This document shows, one piece after another, positions 1 through 7,678 of a DNA stretch of 55,768 bases. How positions within the stretch are numbered: the first letter of the stretch is position 1; the number at the start of each line of letters is the position of its first letter. Below the pieces are notes generated by a model. That model saw only the letters and a list, made by a program, of their open reading frames with translations, searched no databases and was not told the origin of the DNA. The stretch is taken from NCBI GenBank assembly GCA_944377825.1, contig CALWGA010000040.1, positions 1-55,768 of the forward strand, written 5' to 3'. The position numbers were made by a program, and so were the translations under genes. The DNA is from an uncultured Clostridia bacterium. Lineage in GTDB: Bacteria; Bacillota; Clostridia; Christensenellales; UBA1242.

Positions 1-2
1 TG

Positions 3-356
3 CGAGCACCGGCACTTGAAGAATATGATGTTTGTAAAAATGACACTCTAGAAAATTGGAAAGAAATGATTGAATGTTTAGACAGTGGCAAAAACTATTT
101 TAGAGATAATATGGAAGTTGAAACATCAATGCTTGAAGATTATTTTAAATTTGATATATTTAATCATCTTAACATCAAAGAAGATGTAAAACTTATCTAT
201 TGTAGCGAAGATATTTCTGTGAGCAATGACAACATTTTCAAGTTAGCAAAATTAAAAAATTGGGAATTGTTTGAAGTTAAAGGTGCCGACCATTTTTGCA
301 GACGAGAACAAGATATTGAAAGAATAACAAACTTGTTTCTTGATATTTTGAAATGA
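3..356 (+). CDS. alpha/beta hydrolase family protein, 5'-truncated by window edge
   Basis: Frame is open from base 3 (RAPALEEY...). The C-terminal region has an acidic residue after a strand (LIYCSEDISV) and GADH, resembling the catalytic Asp/His of alpha/beta hydrolases. Confidence 0.5.
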   Translation, partial: RAPALEEYDVCKNDTLENWKEMIECLDSGKNYFRDNMEVETSMLEDYFKFDIFNHLNIKEDVKLIYCSEDISVSNDNIFKLAKLKNWELFEVKGADHFCRREQDIERITNLFLDILK

Positions 357-415
357 TTGATAAAAAATTATATTGATTGATTTATTTAATAAGGCACTTT
401 TTATTTCAACATAAT

Positions 416-498
416 AAATCTATCCACAACTCTTCACTGAACGCGACGAGCGTTTCTTCGCTGGAAGGCTTGCCTTCCCTTCTCTTTTCACTTTTTTT
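416..498 (+). repeat. CTTCACT-heptamer/hairpin array, copy A
   Basis: AAATCTATCCAC..CTTCACT-[GAACGC gacga GCGTTT]-CTTCGCT-[GGAAGG cttg CCTTCC]-CTTCTCT-TTTCACT. Confidence 0.75.
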
Positions 499-539
499 GA
501 TTCTATTCTAAAAGAGTTTTTATTTGAATAAAATATTCT

Positions 540-1076
540 ATGAAAAAGGGTTCGGTTCGGTGGGCATTTAAAGTCTTTGTGCTGTCACTGTCGCTTTCCA
601 TTGTTTTTAGTTTAATGTCGCAGAGTTTGTTGCCGACATTATCTTCTTTTTTCTCTATCTTTGTAATTATCTTTTTCATCTTTGTGGCGGTGGTGTTTGA
701 CATGATCGCGGTTGCTTTCACAACGATAAACGAAGATAAACTCTTGCCATACAAAGACAAAAAGGGCTACAATATGGCTCTCTCGCTATGTCGAAATGCT
801 GACAAGGTTTCCTCTTTCGGCGGAGATGTTGTGGGAGATATTTGCGGAATTTTGAGTGGAGCGGGCGGTGTGAGTTTAGTTCTCAACATGCACCTTGAAG
901 GCGAACAAGTTAACCTTCTTGTGACTTGCTTAGTAAGCAGTCTTATTGCGGGAATAACAATCTTTTGCAAGGCAATCATGAAAAGTTATTCCATTGAAAA
1001 TTGCGCTAAAATCGCCATAAAAACCGGCTCATATTTAGAGTTTGGTAGAAAAAAAGAAAAGAATAAAAAACATTAG
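540..1076 (+). CDS. conserved clostridial membrane protein (CNNM/CorB transmembrane-like)
   Basis: About 4 hydrophobic segments. Motifs FDMIAVA and ADKVSSFGGDVVGDICGILSG are typical of this family as I recall it. Confidence 0.6.
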   Translation: MKKGSVRWAFKVFVLSLSLSIVFSLMSQSLLPTLSSFFSIFVIIFFIFVAVVFDMIAVAFTTINEDKLLPYKDKKGYNMALSLCRNADKVSSFGGDVVGDICGILSGAGGVSLVLNMHLEGEQVNLLVTCLVSSLIAGITIFCKAIMKSYSIENCAKIAIKTGSYLEFGRKKEKNKKH

Positions 1077-1095
1077 GACAAAGTGAATACAAAAA

Positions 1096-1155
1096 AAGGA
1101 AGAGTGAAGAGTTAAGGCGAACCGCTGGTTCGCAGTGAAGAACTGTGGAAGATTT
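1096..1155 (-). repeat. CTTCACT-heptamer/hairpin array, copy B (inverted)
   Basis: On +: AAGGAAG-AGTGAAG-AGTTAAG-[GCGAACC gct GGTTCGC]-AGTGAAG-AACTGTGGAAGATTT. Confidence 0.75.
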
Positions 1156-1221
1156 TAAAATAGAATATCATTTCTTTATTAAAACCACATTTCTCACAAC
1201 GCCACACTTTCAAACTCTCAA

Positions 1222-1484
1222 TCAATTTTTGATTTTGTGAGAGGAAGGGCTTTGCCCGGCGAGCATAAATCAAAAATCACAAATGTGGCACTCCGAAAAT
1301 GTTTATCATTTTTGGAGATAAGGAGTAAACAAACGAATGGTAAGTGATTTGACGTATGGCAAATCACGAAATGAAGTGCTGTTTACGACGCGGAAGAGGA
1401 ATGGGATGAGAAACCAACGGAGTAGCGGTTAGAAAAATTTTAATTTTTCGTGCCCGCGTTAAGCAAAGTTGGTGTCCGCACCAA
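1222..1484 (+). repeat. ~260-bp dispersed structured intergenic element, copy 1
   Basis: Aligns end to end with the reverse complement of 41431-41687. Contains several hairpins and ends in TTGGTG-TCCG-CACCAA. Confidence 0.9.
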
Positions 1485-1491
1485 AATTTGC

Positions 1492-1520
1492 TTTACAAAG
1501 CGTTTTTAAAATGCTATAAT
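1492..1520 (+). promoter_or_regulatory. sigma-A promoter (probably leaderless transcript)
   Basis: TTTACA-17-TATAAT with extended TG; ATG lies 7 nt after the -10 box; no Shine-Dalgarno. Confidence 0.65.
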
Positions 1521-1527
1521 ACCATGT

Positions 1528-2544
1528 ATGGAAAATTTTTATGATGCAATTTTGGATGCGTTAGTGGATGTTTTCAAGATGATGCCTATTCTCTTTTTGG
1601 CATATCTTCTTGTTTCATACCTTTCGCACGACCATAATCATAAATTTTATGGCTTTCTCAGCAAAAAGAAAAGAACAAGCGTACTTTACGCTTCTTTTTT
1701 GGGTTGCATTCCACAGTGCGGTTTCAGTTCTGTTATTGCTGACCTATATTCAAGGCAAAAGGTGACACTCGGCACGCTGGTTGCGGTGTTTGTGGCAACA
1801 AGTGATGAGGCAATTCCAATCATGATTGCCACGCCGAGCCAAATTTTAAATATGCTCCTTTTAATCGGCATAAAGATAGTTTTGGCGCTTCTTTGGGGCT
1901 ATGGCATCGACTTTGTGGTGGAAATTTGCTCTAAATTAAAAAAGAAAAAGGTGGCAAATGCTACGGCAAAAAAGTTAGACGAAAACGCTAGCGGAACAAA
2001 GGAGTTTTCTCATGCGGAAAATGACCATGTCGACAGTCACGAGTTAAGCGAAGATCACCACCACATACACGAGTGCGGACATATACACAGTGACACCTGC
2101 GACGAGCATTGCCACCATGACGAACAATGCTGTGTTGACAACATCTTTTTGGATGCCTTTAAGCATACATTGGAGATTGCTATCTATGTTTTCATTGCAA
2201 CTTTTATCATAAATCTACTTATCAACTATTTCACGCTTGACATCTTCACAACAATTTTAACCGACAATGGTATTATTCAAATTCTTATCGCGTGCGTGGT
2301 TGGGCTTATTCCAAACTGCGCTTCATCTGTTTTACTTGTCGAACTCTTCACGGTTGGCGCGCTTTCATTTCCAGCACTTGTTGCGGGACTTTCGACAGGC
2401 GCAGGCGTGGGACTTATCATTCTTATTACCAAAAACAAGCATCCACTTAAAAACATCGGCATCCTTTTCTTGCAGTTCTCTATCGGTGTTGTAAGTGGTT
2501 TGATAATTTATGGCATATTTGAACTTTGCGGATTTACATTATAA
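1528..2544 (+). CDS. putative manganese/heavy-metal transporter (10-TM permease with His-rich loop)
   Basis: Motifs GCIPQCGFS, ATSDEAIP and GLIPNCASS; multiple TM segments; central His/Cys-rich loop. Confidence 0.8.
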   Translation: MENFYDAILDALVDVFKMMPILFLAYLLVSYLSHDHNHKFYGFLSKKKRTSVLYASFLGCIPQCGFSSVIADLYSRQKVTLGTLVAVFVATSDEAIPIMIATPSQILNMLLLIGIKIVLALLWGYGIDFVVEICSKLKKKKVANATAKKLDENASGTKEFSHAENDHVDSHELSEDHHHIHECGHIHSDTCDEHCHHDEQCCVDNIFLDAFKHTLEIAIYVFIATFIINLLINYFTLDIFTTILTDNGIIQILIACVVGLIPNCASSVLLVELFTVGALSFPALVAGLSTGAGVGLIILITKNKHPLKNIGILFLQFSIGVVSGLIIYGIFELCGFTL

Positions 2545-2723
2545 TGATATTGTTTTTTACTTTATAGAAAAGTAAAGACAACTTTATAAATTATATTAAA
2601 TATCCAATAAACATCCAAAATTAGTTTGGTTTGTTTGGGTGACAATGCCACTTTCTATAAAATAGTTTCTTAATTAAAAATCATAAAATGTGACAATGTC
2701 ACAAATTTGTGTTGAAAAACGCT

Positions 2724-2931
2724 TGCAAAATCTATTTTTATATGTTATAATCATTTCGTCATTGGACAAATAAGCACTCAAAGCAAATTTTTAAACAGGT
2801 TGCCTGAACGCTTGCAAACTTTGGTTATTTATCTTAATTTTTGAATTTGTTTGCAGGTAAAAGAGTAATCTTGGGTTGGTTTAAAGAGTTAAAACTTTGG
2901 GGAAGGACAAAAACTAGGAGGTAAAAAAATT
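2724..2931 (+). promoter_or_regulatory. rpsB promoter and long structured 5' leader (candidate S2 autoregulatory leader)
   Basis: TTGCAA-17-TATAAT with extended TG. Nested pairings CTCAAAG/CTTTGGG, TTTTTAAAC/GTTTAAAGA and CTTGCAAAC/GTTTGCAGG. SD AGGAGG. Confidence 0.55.
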
Positions 2932-3837
2932 ATGTCAGTTATTTCAATGAAACAACTTCTTGAGGCTGGTGTTCATTTCGGTCACCAAACAAGAAAGTGG
3001 AACCCTAAGATGAAGGAATACATCTTCACTGCAAGAAATGATATTCACATCTTAAATCTGGAACTCACATCAGAGCAAATCGACAAGGCATACAGTTTTG
3101 TTCGCGATGTTGTGACTTCTGGAAAGAGCGTGCTTTTTGTTGGAACAAAGAAGCAGGCACAAGAGGCAGTTAAAGAGGAGGCAGAGCGTTGCGGAATGTT
3201 CTACATCAACACTCGTTGGCTCGGCGGAACTTTAACTAACTTTAAAACAATTAGAAACAGAATTGAGAGATTAAACAAACTCAATCAAATGGAAAAGGTG
3301 GGCGAGTTCGACCTTCTTCCAAAGAAAGAAGTTGCTCTTTTAAAGCAAGAAAGAGACAAACTCGAAAAGAATCTCGGCGGAATTAAGGATATGCATGAAC
3401 TGCCAGGCGTGTTATTCGTTGTTGACCCAACCAACGAAAAAATCTGCGTTCATGAAGCAAACATCCTAAACATTCCAGTTGTATCACTTGTTGACACAAA
3501 CTGCGACCCATCAAATGTCACAGTGGTTATTCCTGGAAATGATGACGCTATCCGCTCTGTTAAACTCATTGCAAGCGCGATTGCAGACGCTGTTATCGAA
3601 GCAGGAGAGGGCGTTTCCATGCAGAAGAACGAAGAAGAGGAAGACGAGAAGGTTGACCTTGAAAGTTTACTCACAGAGGCAAAGCCTAGTCTAGAACTTG
3701 CCGAGGCAGGCGAGGAGGTTAAAAAGAAAAAGCCTAAGAAAAAACCTGCTAAAAAGGCAGAAAAGACCGAGAAAACAGAAGAAAAGAAAGAAGATGTAAA
3801 AGAAGAAAAAGTTGAAGAAAATAAGGACGCTGAATAG
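2932..3837 (+). CDS. rpsB: 30S ribosomal protein S2 (with Lys/Glu-rich C-terminal tail)
   Basis: [27 protein letters not shown]; [10 protein letters not shown]. Confidence 0.99.
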   Translation: MSVISMKQLLEAGVHFGHQTRKWNPKMKEYIFTARNDIHILNLELTSEQIDKAYSFVRDVVTSGKSVLFVGTKKQAQEAVKEEAERCGMFYINTRWLGGTLTNFKTIRNRIERLNKLNQMEKVGEFDLLPKKEVALLKQERDKLEKNLGGIKDMHELPGVLFVVDPTNEKICVHEANILNIPVVSLVDTNCDPSNVTVVIPGNDDAIRSVKLIASAIADAVIEAGEGVSMQKNEEEEDEKVDLESLLTEAKPSLELAEAGEEVKKKKPKKKPAKKAEKTEKTEEKKEDVKEEKVEENKDAE

Positions 3838-3860
3838 TCCTATTTAAAAGGAGATTGATT

Positions 3861-4520
3861 ATGAATTTTACTGCACAAGATGTTGCAAAATTAAGACAAC
3901 AAACAGGCGTTGGCATGATGGAATGCAAAAAGGCGCTTACTGATGCTAACGGAGATTTTGAGAAGGCAATCGTTCTTCTTCGTGAAAGAGGACTTAAAGC
4001 CGTTGATAAAAAGCAAAACAGAATTGCATCTGAGGGGCTTGTTGCTTCTTACATTCACATGGGTGGAAAGATTGGAGTTTTGGTTGAAGTTAACTGCGAA
4101 ACAGACTTCGTGGCAAAGAGCGATGATTTCCAAGTTTTAGTTAAGGATATCGCTATGCAAATCGCTGCTGCAAACCCAAAATATGTTCGTGAAGAGGAGG
4201 TAGACCCAGCGGAACTTGAAAGCGAAAAGGAAATTTTGAAGGTGCAAGCGCTTAACGAAGGTAAACCTGCAAACATCGTTGAAAGAATGATTGAAGGAAG
4301 AATTAAAAAGTATTATGAAGAGGTATGCCTTCTTGACCAACCATTCGTGAAGGATAGCAGTAAAAAAATTAAAGATATCTTGACCGAGGCAACTCTAAAA
4401 ATCGGCGAAAAAATCTCAGTTAGACGTTTTGTTCGTTACGAACTTGGCGAGGGACTCGAAAAGAGAAATGATAATCTTGCAGAAGAAGTTGCAAAACAAG
4501 TTGCAAGCGTAAATAAATAA
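3861..4520 (+). CDS. tsf: elongation factor Ts (short form)
   Basis: GMMECKKAL, EVNCETDFV, RRFVRYELGEG; start reassigned to ATG 3861 after AAGGAG. Confidence 0.98.
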   Translation: MNFTAQDVAKLRQQTGVGMMECKKALTDANGDFEKAIVLLRERGLKAVDKKQNRIASEGLVASYIHMGGKIGVLVEVNCETDFVAKSDDFQVLVKDIAMQIAAANPKYVREEEVDPAELESEKEILKVQALNEGKPANIVERMIEGRIKKYYEEVCLLDQPFVKDSSKKIKDILTEATLKIGEKISVRRFVRYELGEGLEKRNDNLAEEVAKQVASVNK

Positions 4521-4521
4521 G

Positions 4522-4552
4522 AAAAAAGGATAGAAAACTTCTATCCTTTTTT
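4522..4552 (+). terminator. intrinsic terminator after tsf
   Basis: AAAAAAGGATAGAA-aac-TTCTATCCTTTTTT. Confidence 0.85.
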
Positions 4553-4591
4553 AGTGAAGAGTGAGAGAAAAAGGAAGAAGTAAAAGTGAAG
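4553..4591 (-). repeat. degenerate AGTGAAG heptamer run (copy D, no hairpins)
   Basis: AGTGAAG-AGTGAGA-GAAAAAG-GAAGAAG-TAAA-AGTGAAG on +. Confidence 0.5.
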
Positions 4592-4713
4592 AGTTTTAGA
4601 CAGTATTACTTATGATTGCAGGACAAAACACTCACAAAATTGAAATATTTTAGAGTGCGAGGATATCGTCTTTGAAAAAAAATGGTTTTGGTTTATATAT
4701 TAAAAGCATTATA

Positions 4714-4809
4714 AAATCTTTCCACCACTGAAAATCTTTGATTTTCCTTCACTGTGAACCCATGGTTCACCTTCACTAGAAGTCGCAAGACTTCTCTTCA
4801 CTTTTCACT
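4714..4809 (+). repeat. CTTCACT-heptamer/hairpin array, copy C
   Basis: AAATCTTTCCAC-CACT-[GAAAATC ttt GATTTTC]-CTTCACT-[GTGAACC cat GGTTCAC]-CTTCACT-[AGAAGTC gcaa GACTTCT]-CTTCACT-TTTCACT. Confidence 0.85.
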
Positions 4810-4814
4810 TTAAT

Positions 4815-4848
4815 AAAAAAAGTTGAACGAGCATAGTTCAACTTTTTT
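4815..4848 (-). terminator. intrinsic (bidirectional-type) terminator after rpmB
   Basis: AAAAAAGTTGAAC-gagcata-GTTCAACTTTTTT. Confidence 0.85.
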
Positions 4849-5023
4849 AGTTAGCCTTTTTGTTTGCGGTTTTGATGCATTTTGTGCAAGCCTTAACTCT
4901 CTTTCCGTTAATTTCTGTTTCTTGAAGATTAGCATCATATTTTCTATTAGCCTTGTTGTTTGCATGGCTGACAGTTTTTCCGTCCATCTTGCCTTTTCCG
5001 CAGATTTCACAAACTCTACTCAT
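4847..5023 (-). CDS. rpmB: 50S ribosomal protein L28 (58 aa, not in ORF track)
   Basis: Manual translation MSRVCEICGKGKMDGKTVSHANNKANRKYDANLQETEINGKRVKACTKCIKTANKKAN; SD AAGGAG; divergent from yloU-fakA as usual in Firmicutes. Confidence 0.97.
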   Translation of the reverse strand: MSRVCEICGKGKMDGKTVSHANNKANRKYDANLQETEINGKRVKACTKCIKTANKKAN

Positions 5024-5474
5024 TTCCTTTCTCCTTTTATGATTTTATTTACGCGTTTTATTTTAGCACACTTTTATAAAAAAATCAACTATTTTTTCCA
5101 TTTAGTTGTTAAAAATTATCTACTAAGCCAAATTTTCTTAATAGTTGATAGTGAAAGAGGTGTGACAAATATGAATAATTGGTTATTATCAAGGCATATA
5201 AAGTATTAAGCGTAGGAGAATTTTTGACAGTTTTTGAAAGCGCAGATTTTGGTAAATTTTACAAATTAAAACAATATATTTAAACTTAAAAATATTTTGA
5301 AATATTTTTGAAAAAAATATATTTTTTATTTGATTTTGCTTGCGAAAATTTATCATATGTTGTATGATATAGATAGGCAATAGTATTTTGAGTTTTCAAG
5401 ATTTTTAAATATGCCTAGTGAACATAGAGAGTTTTCATTCTATGTTTCAAGCATTGTTCTATCGGAGGAAACTT

Positions 5475-5825
5475 TTGACAGTAGACACTAAAAACTATTA
5501 TGGCAATATCTCAATTAGCGACAAGGCGATACGCACTGTCGCTGGTTTTGTTGCATTGGATTGTTATGGTGTTGTCGACCTTGTTTCCAAGAGCGTTAGA
5601 GACAGTGCACGAGAATTATTCAAAAAGGAATCCTATTCGCGCGGGGTTTCAGTAAATCATATCGACAACCGCATATTCATTGACATACACTGTATCTTGA
5701 AATATGGCGTTTCTATTTCTGCGGTTGCTGAATCACTTAAAAAATCAGTTAAATACTCAGTTGAAAATTTCACAGGTATGATTGTTGACACTGTGAATGT
5801 TCATGTTGTGGGTGTTAGGGTTTAG
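5475..5825 (+). CDS. Asp23/Gls24 family envelope stress protein (YloU-like)
   Basis: GNISIS..AI, CYGVV, KYGVSISAVA, VNVHVVGVRV; TTG start at 5475 after GGAGG. Confidence 0.9.
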   Translation: MTVDTKNYYGNISISDKAIRTVAGFVALDCYGVVDLVSKSVRDSARELFKKESYSRGVSVNHIDNRIFIDIHCILKYGVSISAVAESLKKSVKYSVENFTGMIVDTVNVHVVGVRV

Positions 5826-5837
5826 GAGTTAACTATT

Positions 5838-7472
5838 ATGCAGAAAACGATTAATGGTGCGTCCTTTCGCAAGATGGTGCTTGCAGGGGTTAGCCTTTTA
5901 GAGCAAAATAAAGAATATATTGATTCGCTTAACGTCTTTCCAGTTCCTGATGGCGACACTGGGACAAATATGTTTCTAACGATGAAGTCCGCGATGACCG
6001 AGATAAACAAATGCATGAATAACGACATGTCCGCTCTCTCTGAGGCGTTCAGCAAGGGTGCTCTTCGTGGTGCGAGAGGCAATAGTGGCGTTATCACATC
6101 TCAAATCTTCAAGGGCTTTTGCTCTGTGACTAAGAATTGTAAGGAGATAACCACCAAAGATTTTGCAAAGGCTATGCAGGAAGGCGCGACCATTGCCTAT
6201 AAGGCGGTCACAAAGCCAAAGGAAGGCACAATATTGACTGTCATCAGAGTTATGGCAGAGAATGCCGTCGCACTTGCAAAAAGGCATGAGGACTTTGAGG
6301 TTTTCTTAAAGAAAGTCATCGACACTGGCGAAGAGATATTGAAGCAGACACCTGAGATGCTTCCTGTGCTTAAAAAGGCAGGGGTTGTGGACTCTGGTGG
6401 ACGTGGTATCCTTGTTATCTTCACAGGTTTTTATCGATACATCATGGGCGACGAGGATCTTGAGATGACTTTTGAGGACGACAAACAGCCTCAAACCTTA
6501 GACGATGTTATTGCCGACATCAACAACCTTGGCGACATCGAGTTTGGTTACTGCACTGAGTATATGATTATCCATATGCACAAAAAGACCACTGAGGTCG
6601 ATATTGATAAACTTCGTGAGAAACTTATGGAGATTGGCGACTCGGTTATTTGCATCGGCGACCTATCTCTTGTGAAAGTCCATGTTCACACCAACGAGCC
6701 GAACAAGGCACTCGGCTATGCGCTGGAACTTGGCGAACTTTTCAACTTGAAGATTGAAAATATGCGTGAGCAGAACCGCGAACTTAAGAAAAAGGCGCAG
6801 GCGGTGGAAGAGAGTAAGGAAATCGGCATGATTGCAGTCGCTCCAGGCGAAGGACTTGCTTCTATTTTCAAAGATTTAACAGTAGACGAAATCATCGTCG
6901 GCGGTCAGACCATGAATCCTAGTGCTGAGGACATTGCAACGGCGGCAGACAAAGTGCCAGCAAGAACGGTCTTTGTTTTCCCTAATAATAAGAACATCGT
7001 TTTGGCAGCAGAGCAAGCCAACGATGTGACAAACAAGAATTTGGTTATCATTCCAACCAAGAGCGTGCCAGAGGGCATTTCGGCGGCTATCGCATTTAAT
7101 CCAGAGGCAAGTGTGGAAGAAAATAAAACCGCCATGCTTGATGCGATTAAGTCGGTGCGTTCTGGTCAGGTGACTTATGCCGTTCGTGACACGCATGTTG
7201 ACGGCTTTGACCTAAGAAAAGGCGAGATAATTGGGCTTGACGATAAGGCAATTTTGGCAAAAGGCAACTTGGTGGGCGACACAACCGAAAAACTCATCGA
7301 ATCCATGTTTGATGACAGCATAATCAACATCACTTTGTTCTATGGCGGGGACATTCGCGAGGAAGAGGCAAACGAACTTCAAGGAAAGTTAGCCGAGAAA
7401 TATCCAGAGTGCGAGGTGACAGTGGCATATGGCGGTCAGCCAGTATATTACTACATTATTTCGCTTGAATAG
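5838..7472 (+). CDS. fakA: DAK2-domain fatty acid kinase subunit A (YloV)
   Basis: LNVFPVPDGDTGTNM, GARGNSGVI, VVDSGG, FGYCTE, KVHVHT, GGQTMNPS, GGQPVYYY. Confidence 0.95.
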   Translation: MQKTINGASFRKMVLAGVSLLEQNKEYIDSLNVFPVPDGDTGTNMFLTMKSAMTEINKCMNNDMSALSEAFSKGALRGARGNSGVITSQIFKGFCSVTKNCKEITTKDFAKAMQEGATIAYKAVTKPKEGTILTVIRVMAENAVALAKRHEDFEVFLKKVIDTGEEILKQTPEMLPVLKKAGVVDSGGRGILVIFTGFYRYIMGDEDLEMTFEDDKQPQTLDDVIADINNLGDIEFGYCTEYMIIHMHKKTTEVDIDKLREKLMEIGDSVICIGDLSLVKVHVHTNEPNKALGYALELGELFNLKIENMREQNRELKKKAQAVEESKEIGMIAVAPGEGLASIFKDLTVDEIIVGGQTMNPSAEDIATAADKVPARTVFVFPNNKNIVLAAEQANDVTNKNLVIIPTKSVPEGISAAIAFNPEASVEENKTAMLDAIKSVRSGQVTYAVRDTHVDGFDLRKGEIIGLDDKAILAKGNLVGDTTEKLIESMFDDSIINITLFYGGDIREEEANELQGKLAEKYPECEVTVAYGGQPVYYYIISLE

Positions 7473-7491
7473 TTATCTTTTAATAAGTTTA

Positions 7492-7518
7492 AAGCATCCG
7501 ATTCGGATGCTTGTTTTT
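7492..7518 (+). terminator. intrinsic terminator
   Basis: AAGCATCCG-att-CGGATGCTT followed by GTTTTT. Confidence 0.75.
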
Positions 7519-7678
7519 ACTCAAAATCGAATATAATAAATTTGGTTCTTAAAGTCTTAAACTAATTTTTTGCGTTAAATAAAAAATGTGGTAACTGATG
7601 TAAATTTAAAAAGAAAATTTAATATATTGCTATTGACATTTTCGATTTTTGTGTTAAAATATCTTAAAAGGGGTAAAT

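Noticed and set aside
420-428. CTATCCACA, a one-mismatch DnaA box
   Set aside because: It is isolated and forms the head of the CTTCACT repeat family; there is no box cluster or dnaA context.
3610-3837. Low-complexity Lys/Glu-rich tail on S2
   Set aside because: Such C-terminal extensions are common in bacterial S2 proteins.
4714-4809. Possible mini-CRISPR array
   Set aside because: The constant unit is only 7 nt, the variable units are self-complementary 17-18-mers, and there are no cas genes. Reported as a different repeat type.
4810-5380. ORFs 4810-5010 (-), 4823-5209 (+) and 5189-5380 (-)
   Set aside because: They are off-frame or antisense shadows of rpmB and AT-rich promoter DNA, with no SD or motifs.
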